DNA from: Pedobacter sp.
GTDB lineage: Bacteria > Desulfobacterota > Desulfuromonadia > Desulfuromonadales > Syntrophotaleaceae
DNA: 64,000 nucleotides
Direction: 5' to 3'
Assembly: GCA_050253415.1 (NCBI GenBank)
Contig: JBFWJC010000001.1
Coordinates: 1,448,679 to 1,512,678 of the forward strand
The position numbers and the translations under genes are program-made. The notes under the pieces are model-generated. The model did not search any database. It was not told the DNA's origin and saw only the letters and a list, made by a program, of their open reading frames with translations. Each line of letters begins with the position of its first letter. Position 1 is the first letter of the stretch. Below are positions 37,881 through 47,658 of this stretch, in pieces.

Positions 37881-39299
37881 TTAGGAGCATTTTTGAGATT
37901 TTATGCGATCGGAAAACAATCGAAGTTCATCGAATTTTTTCCTGAAAATGAGGAGTTCCTCAATTTCCATTTGATACGGTTTTATATAGAACTCGTTTTG
38001 CGCATCCGCATGCAGCCCGAATTCTCCGGTCCAAAGCCGACTTGGATCGACGTTGTTAATGAATAAACCATCCCTCAAAGCCTGGTCGAAGATTCTGGTT
38101 CCAGGGAAAGGGATAAGGTTAAACACGTTGTTCATGTCAAGTTGTAGCTCTAAAATCAAATTATAGGTTTCCATGAGGGTTTCATGCGTCTCTTCGGGGA
38201 AACCCATGATGTAATATCCACGCGTGAGAAGGTTGTACTTTTTGTAAAGGGAAACGATCTCGTAAATTTTTTCGCGAGCCAGATGTTTTCCTATGATGTT
38301 ATTTCTGATGTAATCCGATCCGTGTTCGATCGGCAAAATCACATAAACACAGCCGGCCTCAACCATGGCGTGTATGATTTCTTCATCCAGAGATGCGAGA
38401 TTGTAACCATTGATCGATTCAAACTGAATTTTCATGCCCCTCTTTACAATCTCGTTGCAGATGGCCATGACATGGGATTTTTTTAAAGTGAGGTTGTCAT
38501 CCAGAAATCCAAAATAATTCAGATCGTGGTCGCGGTACAGCATCTCCATCTCATCCACCACTTTCATGGGGTCACGGAGCCTGAGGCCGCGTCCCATCAG
38601 GGGATGAACCGAGCAGAAACTGCAGTCGTAGGGGCAGCTGCGGCTGGTCAAGACGGGGACAGACATTTTAATGTCCAGTCCTCTGGGATTGTGCCAGCTT
38701 GAGTGGTCGGTAAAATAATCAGGGAAATTCACCAGATCCCAGGCCGGCCCCGGGAGACGGTTCAAGTCAGAGATGAACCCGTTGCGGGGATTTTGTTGAA
38801 TCTTGCCCTTTGTGTTGCGGAAACACAGGGCAGCAATATTATCGATGGTTGAAGGTTCCACGGATGAAAAGTGGTTGGCCAGAGCGACGATTTGCTCCTC
38901 TCCTTCGCCCATCACGGCCACGTCGATCTCGGGGCAATTACGGATAATCTCCGTGGGGAAAAGCGTCGGGTGAAGGCCGCCGATGACGATGGGTATCTTT
39001 GGATATTGTGCTTTAAGGGCTTTTGCCAGTCTGCGCAGATAAGGAAAATGTTCAGACAGCAGGCAGTTGAGCCCGATCATCCCCGGAAGCTGTTCCGCCA
39101 CTGCCGTCAGGACCGCGCTCGTATAACTTTTTTCTGGGTGATTTTCGTCGGAAACAAGAACTGTATTCAGGTCGAGAAGGCAGGGACTATGTTTGGCGTC
39201 CCGCAACACGGAGGCGAGGTGCAGAAGCGCCAGGGAGGGTTGTCTGTCGACCCTTTTGACATATCCCAAAGTGTAGGGTGCTACGAGTAATACATTCAA
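37881..39299 (-). CDS. Cobalamin-dependent radical SAM protein
   Basis: N-terminal B12-binding domain (IVIGGLHPT, GEGE); SRSCPYDCSFC; GFP.ET. Confidence 0.92.
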   Translation of the reverse strand: MNVLLVAPYTLGYVKRVDRQPSLALLHLASVLRDAKHSPCLLDLNTVLVSDENHPEKSYTSAVLTAVAEQLPGMIGLNCLLSEHFPYLRRLAKALKAQYPKIPIVIGGLHPTLFPTEIIRNCPEIDVAVMGEGEEQIVALANHFSSVEPSTIDNIAALCFRNTKGKIQQNPRNGFISDLNRLPGPAWDLVNFPDYFTDHSSWHNPRGLDIKMSVPVLTSRSCPYDCSFCSVHPLMGRGLRLRDPMKVVDEMEMLYRDHDLNYFGFLDDNLTLKKSHVMAICNEIVKRGMKIQFESINGYNLASLDEEIIHAMVEAGCVYVILPIEHGSDYIRNNIIGKHLAREKIYEIVSLYKKYNLLTRGYYIMGFPEETHETLMETYNLILELQLDMNNVFNLIPFPGTRIFDQALRDGLFINNVDPSRLWTGEFGLHADAQNEFYIKPYQMEIEELLIFRKKFDELRLFSDRIKSQKCS

Positions 39300-39375
39300 T
39301 GTCGAGAATCCTCAGCGAAAATCAAACCGGGCTGTATAGCGGCATGTAGGGAGCTGGTCTATCACCCGGCAGATG

Positions 39376-40584
39376 TTAAAACTCCAGGACGGTACCCGGG
39401 TATCCCAGGGCTGTAATCCGTTGCAGGATGTCCTTTTTGTGGGCCAGGGCACCGATAATCAGGGCGCTTTGCTGCGGTGCTTGTGCAAGGATCTCCGGTG
39501 GAGATATTTTCATGCCCCGGATCGTGGCGTTCTTCTGTTTAAAAGGGTTGAGGTCGATGAGTCCGCGGATGTCGCAATGTTTGATTCCCGCAGCTTCAAA
39601 CAGGTAAAGAAATTCTCTCCCTATCCCCCATATATATACAGGCCTCTCTTCCTGGAGAAGCGTTTGTGCCAGACGCTTCTTTTCAGAGAGTCGTACCAAT
39701 TCCTTATCGACATAATTTTCGAATATTTGAGGGCTTGCTGCCGTTTTGTCATGATTTCTCTGCCAGGCCGATCCCTTGAACTGAAAGGATGCCGAGAGAT
39801 TAGGCATGACCATGCTCTCACCCATGAGGGGCAAAGCCGTTTGTTGATATTCAATAAGTTCAAAACCGTGTTGGGCAGCCAGTTGTGAAAGGCTCTGGAT
39901 GGTGAAATGCTGAATATGCTCCCTCATCAAAAGCCAATAAAAATCAAAATAGTAGAGGTCTTCATATCTGGAAGCGTCCGGAACGCCAACGCACAGGACT
40001 CCTCCCTCTTTAAGGACCCTTGCTGCTTCCTTAAAGGCCCTGGCGGGATGGAAAAGATGTTCCATCACCTGCTCGATGACCAGCGCGTCAAACATGCCAT
40101 TTTCGTAGCCGAGAGCTTCCGCGTGGCCACTTCGGACGTTGTAGCCACTTCGTCGGGCTTGCTCCAGGTAGGCGGTTGTTGGTTCAACGCCAAACAGGTG
40201 CGAGAATCCTCTGTCCTTAAGAAAATCAAGAAATCCCCCCGTGGCGCATCCCACATCCAGGATAGAAGCGTTTTTTTGAATATGCGGGTTGAGCAGTTTG
40301 AACAGATGCTCGTATCTGTTGCGTGTAATGGCGCTTGCGCTGCCAGGCAGATCGCCGGTTTTTACGATGGAACGAAGATTTGTCGGGGCATACTCTTCGT
40401 TGTAATAGGATGCCAGCCCTGCGGTTTCCGAGGGTGAAAGTTTGTTGTATCCATGCCCGCAATCACTGCAGCATAGCAGCTTGACAATGGGGTAAAGGGA
40501 TGAAGCGTCAAGATTCCCGCAGTTTAAATCGAGCAGGCTTTTGTGGTTATTGGAACCGCAAATGGGGCAGCTTGGGAGACTCAT
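39376..40584 (-). CDS. Class I SAM methyltransferase, NDP-sugar C-methyltransferase-like layout
   Basis: CPICG...CSDCG zinc motif; LDVGCATG; EHI; C-terminal VYIWGIG...ID.NP.KQ domain. Confidence 0.85.
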   Translation of the reverse strand: MSLPSCPICGSNNHKSLLDLNCGNLDASSLYPIVKLLCCSDCGHGYNKLSPSETAGLASYYNEEYAPTNLRSIVKTGDLPGSASAITRNRYEHLFKLLNPHIQKNASILDVGCATGGFLDFLKDRGFSHLFGVEPTTAYLEQARRSGYNVRSGHAEALGYENGMFDALVIEQVMEHLFHPARAFKEAARVLKEGGVLCVGVPDASRYEDLYYFDFYWLLMREHIQHFTIQSLSQLAAQHGFELIEYQQTALPLMGESMVMPNLSASFQFKGSAWQRNHDKTAASPQIFENYVDKELVRLSEKKRLAQTLLQEERPVYIWGIGREFLYLFEAAGIKHCDIRGLIDLNPFKQKNATIRGMKISPPEILAQAPQQSALIIGALAHKKDILQRITALGYPGTVLEF

Positions 40585-41903
40585 AACGGTGTCCTTATAT
40601 CCCTGTTCAGTGATGCTTTGAGTTCAGTTAACTGTTTCTTCCATGTTGACAGGGTCGGATCATGGGGAAAACAGGCGGCATAGTGGAATACCGAACCCTT
40701 TGTTTGTTCGAACAGTCCGTGGAGTGAGAAATTGTCCATCCGGTTGATATCCATTTCCACGTTTTTGAAAAAATCAGGATGTCGCTGGATACTCAAGAAC
40801 CAACGTGCGGGATCAGGGCCAAGTATGTCGGTAAATGAAATGTGTCTTTTCGCCTGAGACAGCAAACCTTCATAGTGCGACATAAAGGATTTTCTCATCG
40901 ATGTGGCTGGAAACCGATTGCGGACAGATTCTGACGCTTGCCGACCCAGGCGGACCCTTTCTTGCGGGTGATGATAAAGCCAGCGCAAGACTTCTCCGAA
41001 TTCCTGTGGCGTGGCAACGATTCGCCCTGTTTCACCGTCCTGGACCAGGCAGGATTCGGCGGCGTTATTCAGGACGACGGGCACCACCCCCATAGCCATG
41101 GCTTCCAGCAGTGCATTTTCCGTGGTTCCATAATGCCGGGGGTTGAGGATGTAGGGCATAACGTTGATGGTTGCCAATTCCGTGACGATATCGGTGCAAT
41201 AGCCCCTGAAATCGAGGACTCCGGGACATCCTGCCCGTTGGCAATCCTCTTCAAGTGTTGTTTGGTTCGTTGTGTCGCCGATCATGCGGACCTTGAATCC
41301 CGGGACTCCTACCTGGGCCAGGAAGTCGGCATACCGGGGGTGCAGTTTGGCAAAATTGAGACTGCCCAGATAGCCGGCAACCAACGGTTCTTCCGGGTGG
41401 CGCACCGGGGATGGGAGAGAATCGATCCCCCCGGCGCTGTGTACCACAGCCAGTTGCCGTCTGGCCGTTTGCGGCAGGCTTTGAACCTCGGGCGTCTGCA
41501 TCGAAGCCGGGGAGGTGAAAAGGCACTGGTGGGCACTTTGCATCAGAGCTGCCGGGATTACGGGCGCGTCAAGACCTGAGATATGGCACCACACAAGCAG
41601 GCGCATGGCGGGCAGGGGCGATCGGCAGAGGGTCGACATGACTGCCGGGTGCCCCCACCATTCCACTTGAACAATGTCAGCCTCTGCTGTCAGGTCGTTG
41701 AGTCTGTCCACGCAGGGGGCCAGAACAACCCCGGTTCCTGTGGCCTCGACCTCCCGAACGAATTGAAGCTTCTCCGGCTTTTCCAGACAGACGATGGTAT
41801 GGGACACGTCGATCGGGCCCGCTTCCTGTTGTACCAGGCCGCTTAACGCTTTGCCGACGCCGCCTCCCAGGTGAGCCGTGATATGGAGAACCTGAATACT
41901 CAT
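40581..41903 (-). CDS. Glycosyltransferase family 4 (GT-B)
   Basis: HLGGGVG; LLEAMAMG; V.DGETG. Confidence 0.88.
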   Translation of the reverse strand: MSIQVLHITAHLGGGVGKALSGLVQQEAGPIDVSHTIVCLEKPEKLQFVREVEATGTGVVLAPCVDRLNDLTAEADIVQVEWWGHPAVMSTLCRSPLPAMRLLVWCHISGLDAPVIPAALMQSAHQCLFTSPASMQTPEVQSLPQTARRQLAVVHSAGGIDSLPSPVRHPEEPLVAGYLGSLNFAKLHPRYADFLAQVGVPGFKVRMIGDTTNQTTLEEDCQRAGCPGVLDFRGYCTDIVTELATINVMPYILNPRHYGTTENALLEAMAMGVVPVVLNNAAESCLVQDGETGRIVATPQEFGEVLRWLYHHPQERVRLGRQASESVRNRFPATSMRKSFMSHYEGLLSQAKRHISFTDILGPDPARWFLSIQRHPDFFKNVEMDINRMDNFSLHGLFEQTKGSVFHYAACFPHDPTLSTWKKQLTELKASLNRDIRTPL

Positions 41904-42916
41904 GACTGTTGCTTTTCGATCCGCTTAAGAAGGTTCGCGGCATACGGATCGATATTGTCCGCTGCGCCATGGGAAAGCTGTCCGCAGGCGTGGCATACAG
42001 GATTGCTCATTCTGTTGCCCCGTAGATGTTCCAGGCGGTGTTGGTGTAACAGGTTACCGTTCCAGATTTCCTTTATGCTTTGCTGCCGGACATCCCCGAC
42101 AACCAGCTTACGTGCCCAGTCAAGGAAACAGAGACTGACAGTGCCGTCGGAATTAACCGTCATGGAGTAAAAAATATAGGGGCAGGTCTTTATGTCTGCC
42201 ACGGGCTGATCGTAGATACCTTTGGAAATGGCGATGCCCAACCGATCCTGCACATCGAATTCCGGCCAGCAAGGCGCCACGTTTTCGATGAATATCCGAT
42301 CCGCATAATCACCAAAGGTACTGTAAAACAACTGCTTATCTGCTTCGGAAAGAAAGTCTCCGGCAATCTTGATGCAGATCTCGCAGTCACCTTTCATTGC
42401 ATACAGTTGCCGGATGTTGTTTACAAATTCCTTGAAATCGACTTTAGCCCTGGCGAACTCGAGGAACTGGGCGTCGCTCAGGCCGTCCACCGAGATATTG
42501 ATGCGATCGAGACCGGCCTCCAGTGCAGGCCCGATGCGTTCCGGTGTCAGCAGGGAGCCGTTGGTGGTGGTATCGACAGCATCTACGCAGCCCGATTGTT
42601 TGGCGTAACGGACCATGTCGGCAAAGCGGGGATTAAGGAACGGTTCCCCTTCTTTGTAGAGTCTCAGGACTTTGATGGGGGTGTCGAACTGTGCAAGATC
42701 GTTGATGACTTTCTTGAAAAGGTCGAAATCCATGGTGCCTTGCCAACGGCCGGTATCCTGAATAAGTTGCCGTTCCCCTGTGGGGCAGAACTTGCATTTA
42801 AAGTTGCAGGTGCTGGATGGGTCGACGAAGAGCACGTAAGGGGTCGACAAGGGAATGACCGTTTCGAGACGGTTGCGGCCGGTCTGGTTGATGCGTGGCT
42901 TGATTTGAGCTTTCAT
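41900..42916 (-). CDS. Radical SAM protein with SPASM/twitch domain
   Basis: CNFKCKFC; GEP; CPYIF...DGTVSLC...CHAC. Confidence 0.92.
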   Translation of the reverse strand: MKAQIKPRINQTGRNRLETVIPLSTPYVLFVDPSSTCNFKCKFCPTGERQLIQDTGRWQGTMDFDLFKKVINDLAQFDTPIKVLRLYKEGEPFLNPRFADMVRYAKQSGCVDAVDTTTNGSLLTPERIGPALEAGLDRINISVDGLSDAQFLEFARAKVDFKEFVNNIRQLYAMKGDCEICIKIAGDFLSEADKQLFYSTFGDYADRIFIENVAPCWPEFDVQDRLGIAISKGIYDQPVADIKTCPYIFYSMTVNSDGTVSLCFLDWARKLVVGDVRQQSIKEIWNGNLLHQHRLEHLRGNRMSNPVCHACGQLSHGAADNIDPYAANLLKRIEKQQS

Positions 42917-42985
42917 GGTTTTCGCCAATCCGGAAATGGTTGCAAAAGTCGGTTTTCCACTTTGTGAATAGGTACGTATGGCTTG

Positions 42986-43834
42986 TTAAGGCCTGCCTGC
43001 GAACAGCTGGTTTAACTTTGCTACGCTTCCCCAAAATGCCATCGGTTCATAAACGGGATACGGGTAATGCCCAAGGTTCAGGGTGACGGGAGTCCCCCTT
43101 TTTGTCAGGTAGTCCTCGACCAACGTGCGTACAGAAACCGGGATGCCGCTGCAGATATTTACCACACCGTCGGAATTGGGATGTTCCAGAAGCGCGACCA
43201 GACATGAGGCGATATCCTCGACCGGCAGGTAATCCCGTAACTGTTCGCCGCCGGACATGTTGAAAATTTTTTCCCCGCTGTTTATGGTCCGATTCAGTTG
43301 TGCCAACAAACTGTTGGGGTTTTGGCCTTCGCCGTACGTGTAAAACAGACGCGCCCATTGCATGCGAAACGGTTGGCTTTCTTGCAATGCCTGCAGGAAT
43401 TTACGCAGGGTGTCCTTGGCGAGGCCGTAGGGAGTTACCGGAAGAGTCGCCATGTCTTCGGTAAGCTCGCCGTTTTGCATGCCGTATTCAAAGCAGGTGC
43501 CGGCGATAACCAGATGTTTTATCCCTGCGCCTACCAGTTTTTTAAGAAAACGATAGTCGGCAGGCAGCGTTTCCTCGATATGGACAAGCGATTTGTAGTT
43601 CGGCAGCCCCGGCCAGGCCAGGTGAATAACCGCATCCTGCGGTCCAAAGAGATCCACTTGGACCTCGGGCTGGTGGATGTCGCAGGCCAAAAACCGTACC
43701 CGGTCGAACCATGGCATCGCCTGAGCTTTATCGCTATTGCGCGCGACGGCTGTAACCTGATGACCCTTTTTCAACAAACAGTCGACAACATGCCGGCCGA
43801 TAAAACCCGTGGCTCCTGTGACCAAGACATTCAT
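42986..43834 (-). CDS. NAD-dependent NDP-sugar 4-reductase/epimerase
   Basis: TGATGFIG, GTCFEYG, YGLAK. Confidence 0.9.
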   Translation of the reverse strand: MNVLVTGATGFIGRHVVDCLLKKGHQVTAVARNSDKAQAMPWFDRVRFLACDIHQPEVQVDLFGPQDAVIHLAWPGLPNYKSLVHIEETLPADYRFLKKLVGAGIKHLVIAGTCFEYGMQNGELTEDMATLPVTPYGLAKDTLRKFLQALQESQPFRMQWARLFYTYGEGQNPNSLLAQLNRTINSGEKIFNMSGGEQLRDYLPVEDIASCLVALLEHPNSDGVVNICSGIPVSVRTLVEDYLTKRGTPVTLNLGHYPYPVYEPMAFWGSVAKLNQLFAGRP

Positions 43835-44388
43835 GCCAACGATCCCTTCAGGAAAAAGGGGGATTGGAAGTCGCATAATGCCGGAAGCCCTGCGTCCCTT
43901 TCGGAGACGATGGGATTTTCGTCCGGCCAGGCGATTCCAGCCGAATTCCAGAGGATGCCGGTATCATGCTGGGGAGAGTACACTGTTGAGACCTTGTACA
44001 TCATGGTGGCCGAGGCGCTGAGAACGTAAAAACCGTGCGCAAGTCCCATCGGAATGTACAGCATGTTGGCGGTGTCCGCCGACAGTTCAAGAATCTGGTG
44101 CTTTTTGTAGCTGGGTGAATCTCGGCGCAAGTCCACGACAGCATCCAGTACGGTTCCCTCGACGCAGTAGACAAGCTTGGTGTGATCATGGGGAGGGGTT
44201 TGAAAGTGCAGTCCCCGCAAAACACCATGCGTTGAAACGGAAAAATATTCCTCTCGCCAATCGGTACACAATCCGTTTTTGGAAAAAGTCTCCGCATGAA
44301 AGGTCTTGGTGAACGAACCGCGATGATCTCCGATCATGTTCGGGAGGAGCTCAAAACATCCTGCGATGGCTGTTTGTTTGACGGTCAT
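43831..44388 (-). CDS. rfbC: RmlC/AscE-type NDP-4-keto-6-deoxyhexose epimerase
   Basis: D.RG.F, RGLHFQ, DLR..SP, AHGF; ATGA overlap with rfbH. Confidence 0.9.
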   Translation of the reverse strand: MTVKQTAIAGCFELLPNMIGDHRGSFTKTFHAETFSKNGLCTDWREEYFSVSTHGVLRGLHFQTPPHDHTKLVYCVEGTVLDAVVDLRRDSPSYKKHQILELSADTANMLYIPMGLAHGFYVLSASATMMYKVSTVYSPQHDTGILWNSAGIAWPDENPIVSERDAGLPALCDFQSPFFLKGSLA

Positions 44389-45740
44389 CTGCATGCGCCC
44401 GCCACAAACTTGCGGGTCACGTTCAGCATGTGATCCAGCATACGGACAGTCAGTCCCGGGTAGACGCCGAGCCAGAAGGTATTGTTCATGATCTGGTCGG
44501 TCACCGCCAGGTCTCCAACGGTGCGATAACCGCTGCCGGAGCGGCGCATTTCGTCGAAACAGGGGTGTTTGATCAGGTTGCCGGCAAACAGCATGCGGGT
44601 TTGAATGCCGCATTGTTCCAGGTGATTGACCAGTTGATCCCTGGAAAAGGGTGCCGTGTCCTTGACGGTAATGGGGAAACCGAACCACGCAGGGTCTGAG
44701 TCTGCGGTAGGCTCGGGCAAAACCAGCAGTTCCTGTGTGTCGGCAAGGCCATCTCTGAGAATTTGCCAGTTCATTTTTCTGGATTCGACAAACGACGGCA
44801 GCTTTTCCAGTTGCGAACAGCCGATGGCAGCCTGCATGTCCGTGATCTTGAGATTGTAACCAAAATGTGAATAGACGTATTTATGGTCATACCCGAACGG
44901 GAGATCGCCGAACTGTCGGGTAAAGCGGTTGCCGCAGGAATTGTCGTGGCCGGAGGCGCACCAGCAGTCGCGGCCCCAGTCGCGGAATGATTCGACCAGT
45001 TTTTTTAATACGGGGTTCTTGGTATAGACGGCCCCTCCTTCGCCGGTGGTCATGTGATGCGGCGGATAGAAACTGGAGGTGCCCAGGTCGCCGATAGTCC
45101 CGGTGCAGTGCCATGCGTTGTCGATCCGGTAGCGGGAACCGAGCGCATCGCAATTATCTTCGATCAGCCATAACTCGTGTTTATCGCAGAAGTTCTTTAC
45201 CGTTTTCAAATCGAAGGGGTTGCCCAGAGTATGAGCCACCATCACCGCTTTGGTTTTGGGGGACAGGGCTTGATCCAGATACGTTACGTCAATATTGTAG
45301 GTCGGCAACGAGACATCGACGAAGACGGGGATGGCTCCATATTGAATGATGGGGGTCACCGTAGTAGGGAACCCGGCAGCGACGGTGATAACCTCATCAC
45401 CCGGCCGGATGCGTCGCTCGCCCAACGTCGGGGAGGTCAATGCCATGAAGGCCAGAAGATTTGCCGATGACCCCGAATTGGTGAGGGAGCAGTAGTCCGT
45501 GCCGAGGTAGTTTGCAAACTCCGCCTCGAAGCGGGCGGCGTAACGTCCAGCGGTAAGCCAGAAATCCAGGGAAGCATCGACCAGGTGGGCCATATCCTGT
45601 TCGTCAAAGATACGTCCGCCGTAAGGGATGCGATCGCCTGGTGCAAAGGCGTGTTTTTCGACGCCATGGACATGCTGGCAGTAGTCCACCGCGGCGTCAA
45701 TGGCTTTTTGCCGCAATTCCTGTTCACGTTTATCCGCCAC
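44385..45740 (-). CDS. rfbH: CDP-4-keto-6-deoxyglucose 3-dehydratase (E1, DdhC/AscC)
   Basis: SFYPPHHMTTGEGG (His in place of the Schiff-base Lys); GRDCWC Fe-S motif; YDHKY; GTG start inferred. Confidence 0.93.
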   Translation of the reverse strand: MADKREQELRQKAIDAAVDYCQHVHGVEKHAFAPGDRIPYGGRIFDEQDMAHLVDASLDFWLTAGRYAARFEAEFANYLGTDYCSLTNSGSSANLLAFMALTSPTLGERRIRPGDEVITVAAGFPTTVTPIIQYGAIPVFVDVSLPTYNIDVTYLDQALSPKTKAVMVAHTLGNPFDLKTVKNFCDKHELWLIEDNCDALGSRYRIDNAWHCTGTIGDLGTSSFYPPHHMTTGEGGAVYTKNPVLKKLVESFRDWGRDCWCASGHDNSCGNRFTRQFGDLPFGYDHKYVYSHFGYNLKITDMQAAIGCSQLEKLPSFVESRKMNWQILRDGLADTQELLVLPEPTADSDPAWFGFPITVKDTAPFSRDQLVNHLEQCGIQTRMLFAGNLIKHPCFDEMRRSGSGYRTVGDLAVTDQIMNNTFWLGVYPGLTVRMLDHMLNVTRKFVAGACR

Positions 45741-46854
45741 AACAGGCTCCCATCCGGAATTCGGGGTTATGTCCAACAGGCATTGCAAGTTCCTCATAAC
45801 GGGCAATCTGTGCTTCGGTTACCTTACGCATGTCGATCGTTCCATCCATGTGGCAGCGATACCAGCTAAGGGTCCAGTCAAGCGCCTGTTCCAGGTGGGT
45901 GACTGGTGACCAACTCAGCTTTTCACGGGCAAGAGTACAGTCAAGATTGAGATAGTGGGCTTCATGCAAGGAAGTTTTGGTATTGGCGATCCAATGGGCT
46001 CCTTCCCCCCAGATCCGGGCGGCGGTTCGGACCACATCGACCACCGGCCATGCATCATCTCCGTTGGGGCCGAAATTCCAGCCTCCGTTGGAAACGCCTG
46101 GGTTGTGCCATAATTGTTCGGCCAGCATCAGGTAGCCCCGCAGTGGCTCCAACACATGCTGCCAGGGTCGAACAGCCTGCGGATAACGCAAAGTCAAAGG
46201 GCGTTGTTTTGCAAACGCCCTGATCAGGTCGGGGATAAGCCGGTCTTCGGCCCAGTCGCCTCCGCCGATGACGTTACCCGCACGGACGGTAGCGATGGCC
46301 ACCTTGCCTTCATTAAAAAACGATCGGCGGTAAGCGGCGGTTACCAGTTCCGCACAACCTTTGCTGCTGGAATAGGGATCGTTGCCACCCATCCGGTCGG
46401 TTTCGCGAAAAGTCATGGTTCCCTGATCATTTTCGTAGCATTTATCACTGGTGACTATTACCGCGACGCGAATCGATGGGGTGTTTCTGACCGCCTCCAG
46501 GAAGTTGACCGTGCCCATGACGTTGGCGGCGAAAGTATCCACCGGATTATCGTAAGAAGCCCGGACCAGAGGTTGCGCGGCAAGGTGAAAGGCTATTTGA
46601 GGGCGTGCCGTCTGCATGGCCTTTTGAATGTCAGGATAATTACGCACGTCGGCAATTGTGGAATGCATCCCGTTCTCAACCCGTGCCGCGTCGAAAAGGT
46701 TGGGAGATGACGAGGGTTTCAGGGCATACCCGTAAATCTTTGCGCCAAGTCGTTGCAGCCAAAGGGATAGCCAGGATCCTTTGAATCCTGTATGTCCGGT
46801 GACAAAAACACTTTTGTCCTGCCAGAAGTCCCGATTTAATCCCATATTTTCCAC
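45730..46854 (-). CDS. rfbG: CDP-glucose 4,6-dehydratase
   Basis: TGHTGFKGSWL, AAQPLV, TSDKCY, RAGNVIGGGDW, RPWQHVLEP. Confidence 0.96.
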   Translation of the reverse strand: MENMGLNRDFWQDKSVFVTGHTGFKGSWLSLWLQRLGAKIYGYALKPSSSPNLFDAARVENGMHSTIADVRNYPDIQKAMQTARPQIAFHLAAQPLVRASYDNPVDTFAANVMGTVNFLEAVRNTPSIRVAVIVTSDKCYENDQGTMTFRETDRMGGNDPYSSSKGCAELVTAAYRRSFFNEGKVAIATVRAGNVIGGGDWAEDRLIPDLIRAFAKQRPLTLRYPQAVRPWQHVLEPLRGYLMLAEQLWHNPGVSNGGWNFGPNGDDAWPVVDVVRTAARIWGEGAHWIANTKTSLHEAHYLNLDCTLAREKLSWSPVTHLEQALDWTLSWYRCHMDGTIDMRKVTEAQIARYEELAMPVGHNPEFRMGACCGG

Positions 46855-47612
46855 CGTGCCTTACCCGACTTCCAGTGTTCCTCGAGGATCTGCTTATCAC
46901 GCAGGGCATCCATGCATTGCCAGAACCCATGGTGTTTGTAAGCCATCAACTGGGAATCCACCGCCAGTTCCTCCAGGGTGTCCTCCCACATGTGATTGTC
47001 CGCATCATCCGGCAGGTAGGAAAAGATTTCCGGCTTTAGCACAAAGAATCCGCCATTTATCCAGCCACCGTCACCTATCGGTTTTTCCTTGAAGTTGGAT
47101 ACCAGATTGTCTTCTTCAAGTCCCAGCAGGCCAAAGCGACCAGCAGGCTGCACGGATGTAAGAGTGGCCAATTTGCCATGTCCGTGATGGTAATCGATGA
47201 GTTCTTTGAGGTTGATATCTGCCAGACCATCGCCATAAGTCAGCAGAAAATCCGATTTGCCGATATAATGTTGCACGCGTTTGAGCCGGCCGGCCGTAAG
47301 CGTTTGCAAGCCGGTGTCGACAAGCGTAACGCGAAATTTTTCCGAATTGGTCCGGTGTACTTCAAAACTATTGGTTTGCAAGTTTATGGTAACGTCAGAG
47401 TTGTAAACATAGTAATTTAAAAAGTATTCTTTTATTGAGTGACCTTTGTAGCCAAGGCAAATAATGAAATCATTAAACCCTTGAGTTTCATAGATTTTCA
47501 TAAGGTGCCACAGGATTGGTTTTTCACCAATTTCGATCATTGGTTTCGGTTTGAGGTGGGATTCTTCGGAGATGCGAGTCCCGATTCCGCCAGCCAAAAT
47601 AACGACCTTCAT
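46836..47612 (-). CDS. rfbF: Glucose-1-phosphate cytidylyltransferase
   Basis: LAGGIGTRISEE...PKPM, TYGDG, WINGGFF, FWQCMD. Confidence 0.96.
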   Translation of the reverse strand: MKVVILAGGIGTRISEESHLKPKPMIEIGEKPILWHLMKIYETQGFNDFIICLGYKGHSIKEYFLNYYVYNSDVTINLQTNSFEVHRTNSEKFRVTLVDTGLQTLTAGRLKRVQHYIGKSDFLLTYGDGLADINLKELIDYHHGHGKLATLTSVQPAGRFGLLGLEEDNLVSNFKEKPIGDGGWINGGFFVLKPEIFSYLPDDADNHMWEDTLEELAVDSQLMAYKHHGFWQCMDALRDKQILEEHWKSGKARWKIWD

Positions 47613-47658
47613 AAAAAATATGCCTTTTTTTTAGTTGAAAATAAAAACGCGAAAATTC

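Noticed and set aside
36836..42916. SPASM enzymes as RiPP maturases
   Set aside because: No precursor peptide, RRE domain, protease or transporter nearby; the context is entirely sugar biosynthesis
42080..42967. Long plus-strand ORFs opposite island genes (also 29145-29939, 31668-32453 and others)
   Set aside because: Antisense shadows of well-supported minus-strand genes, expected in GC-rich coding DNA
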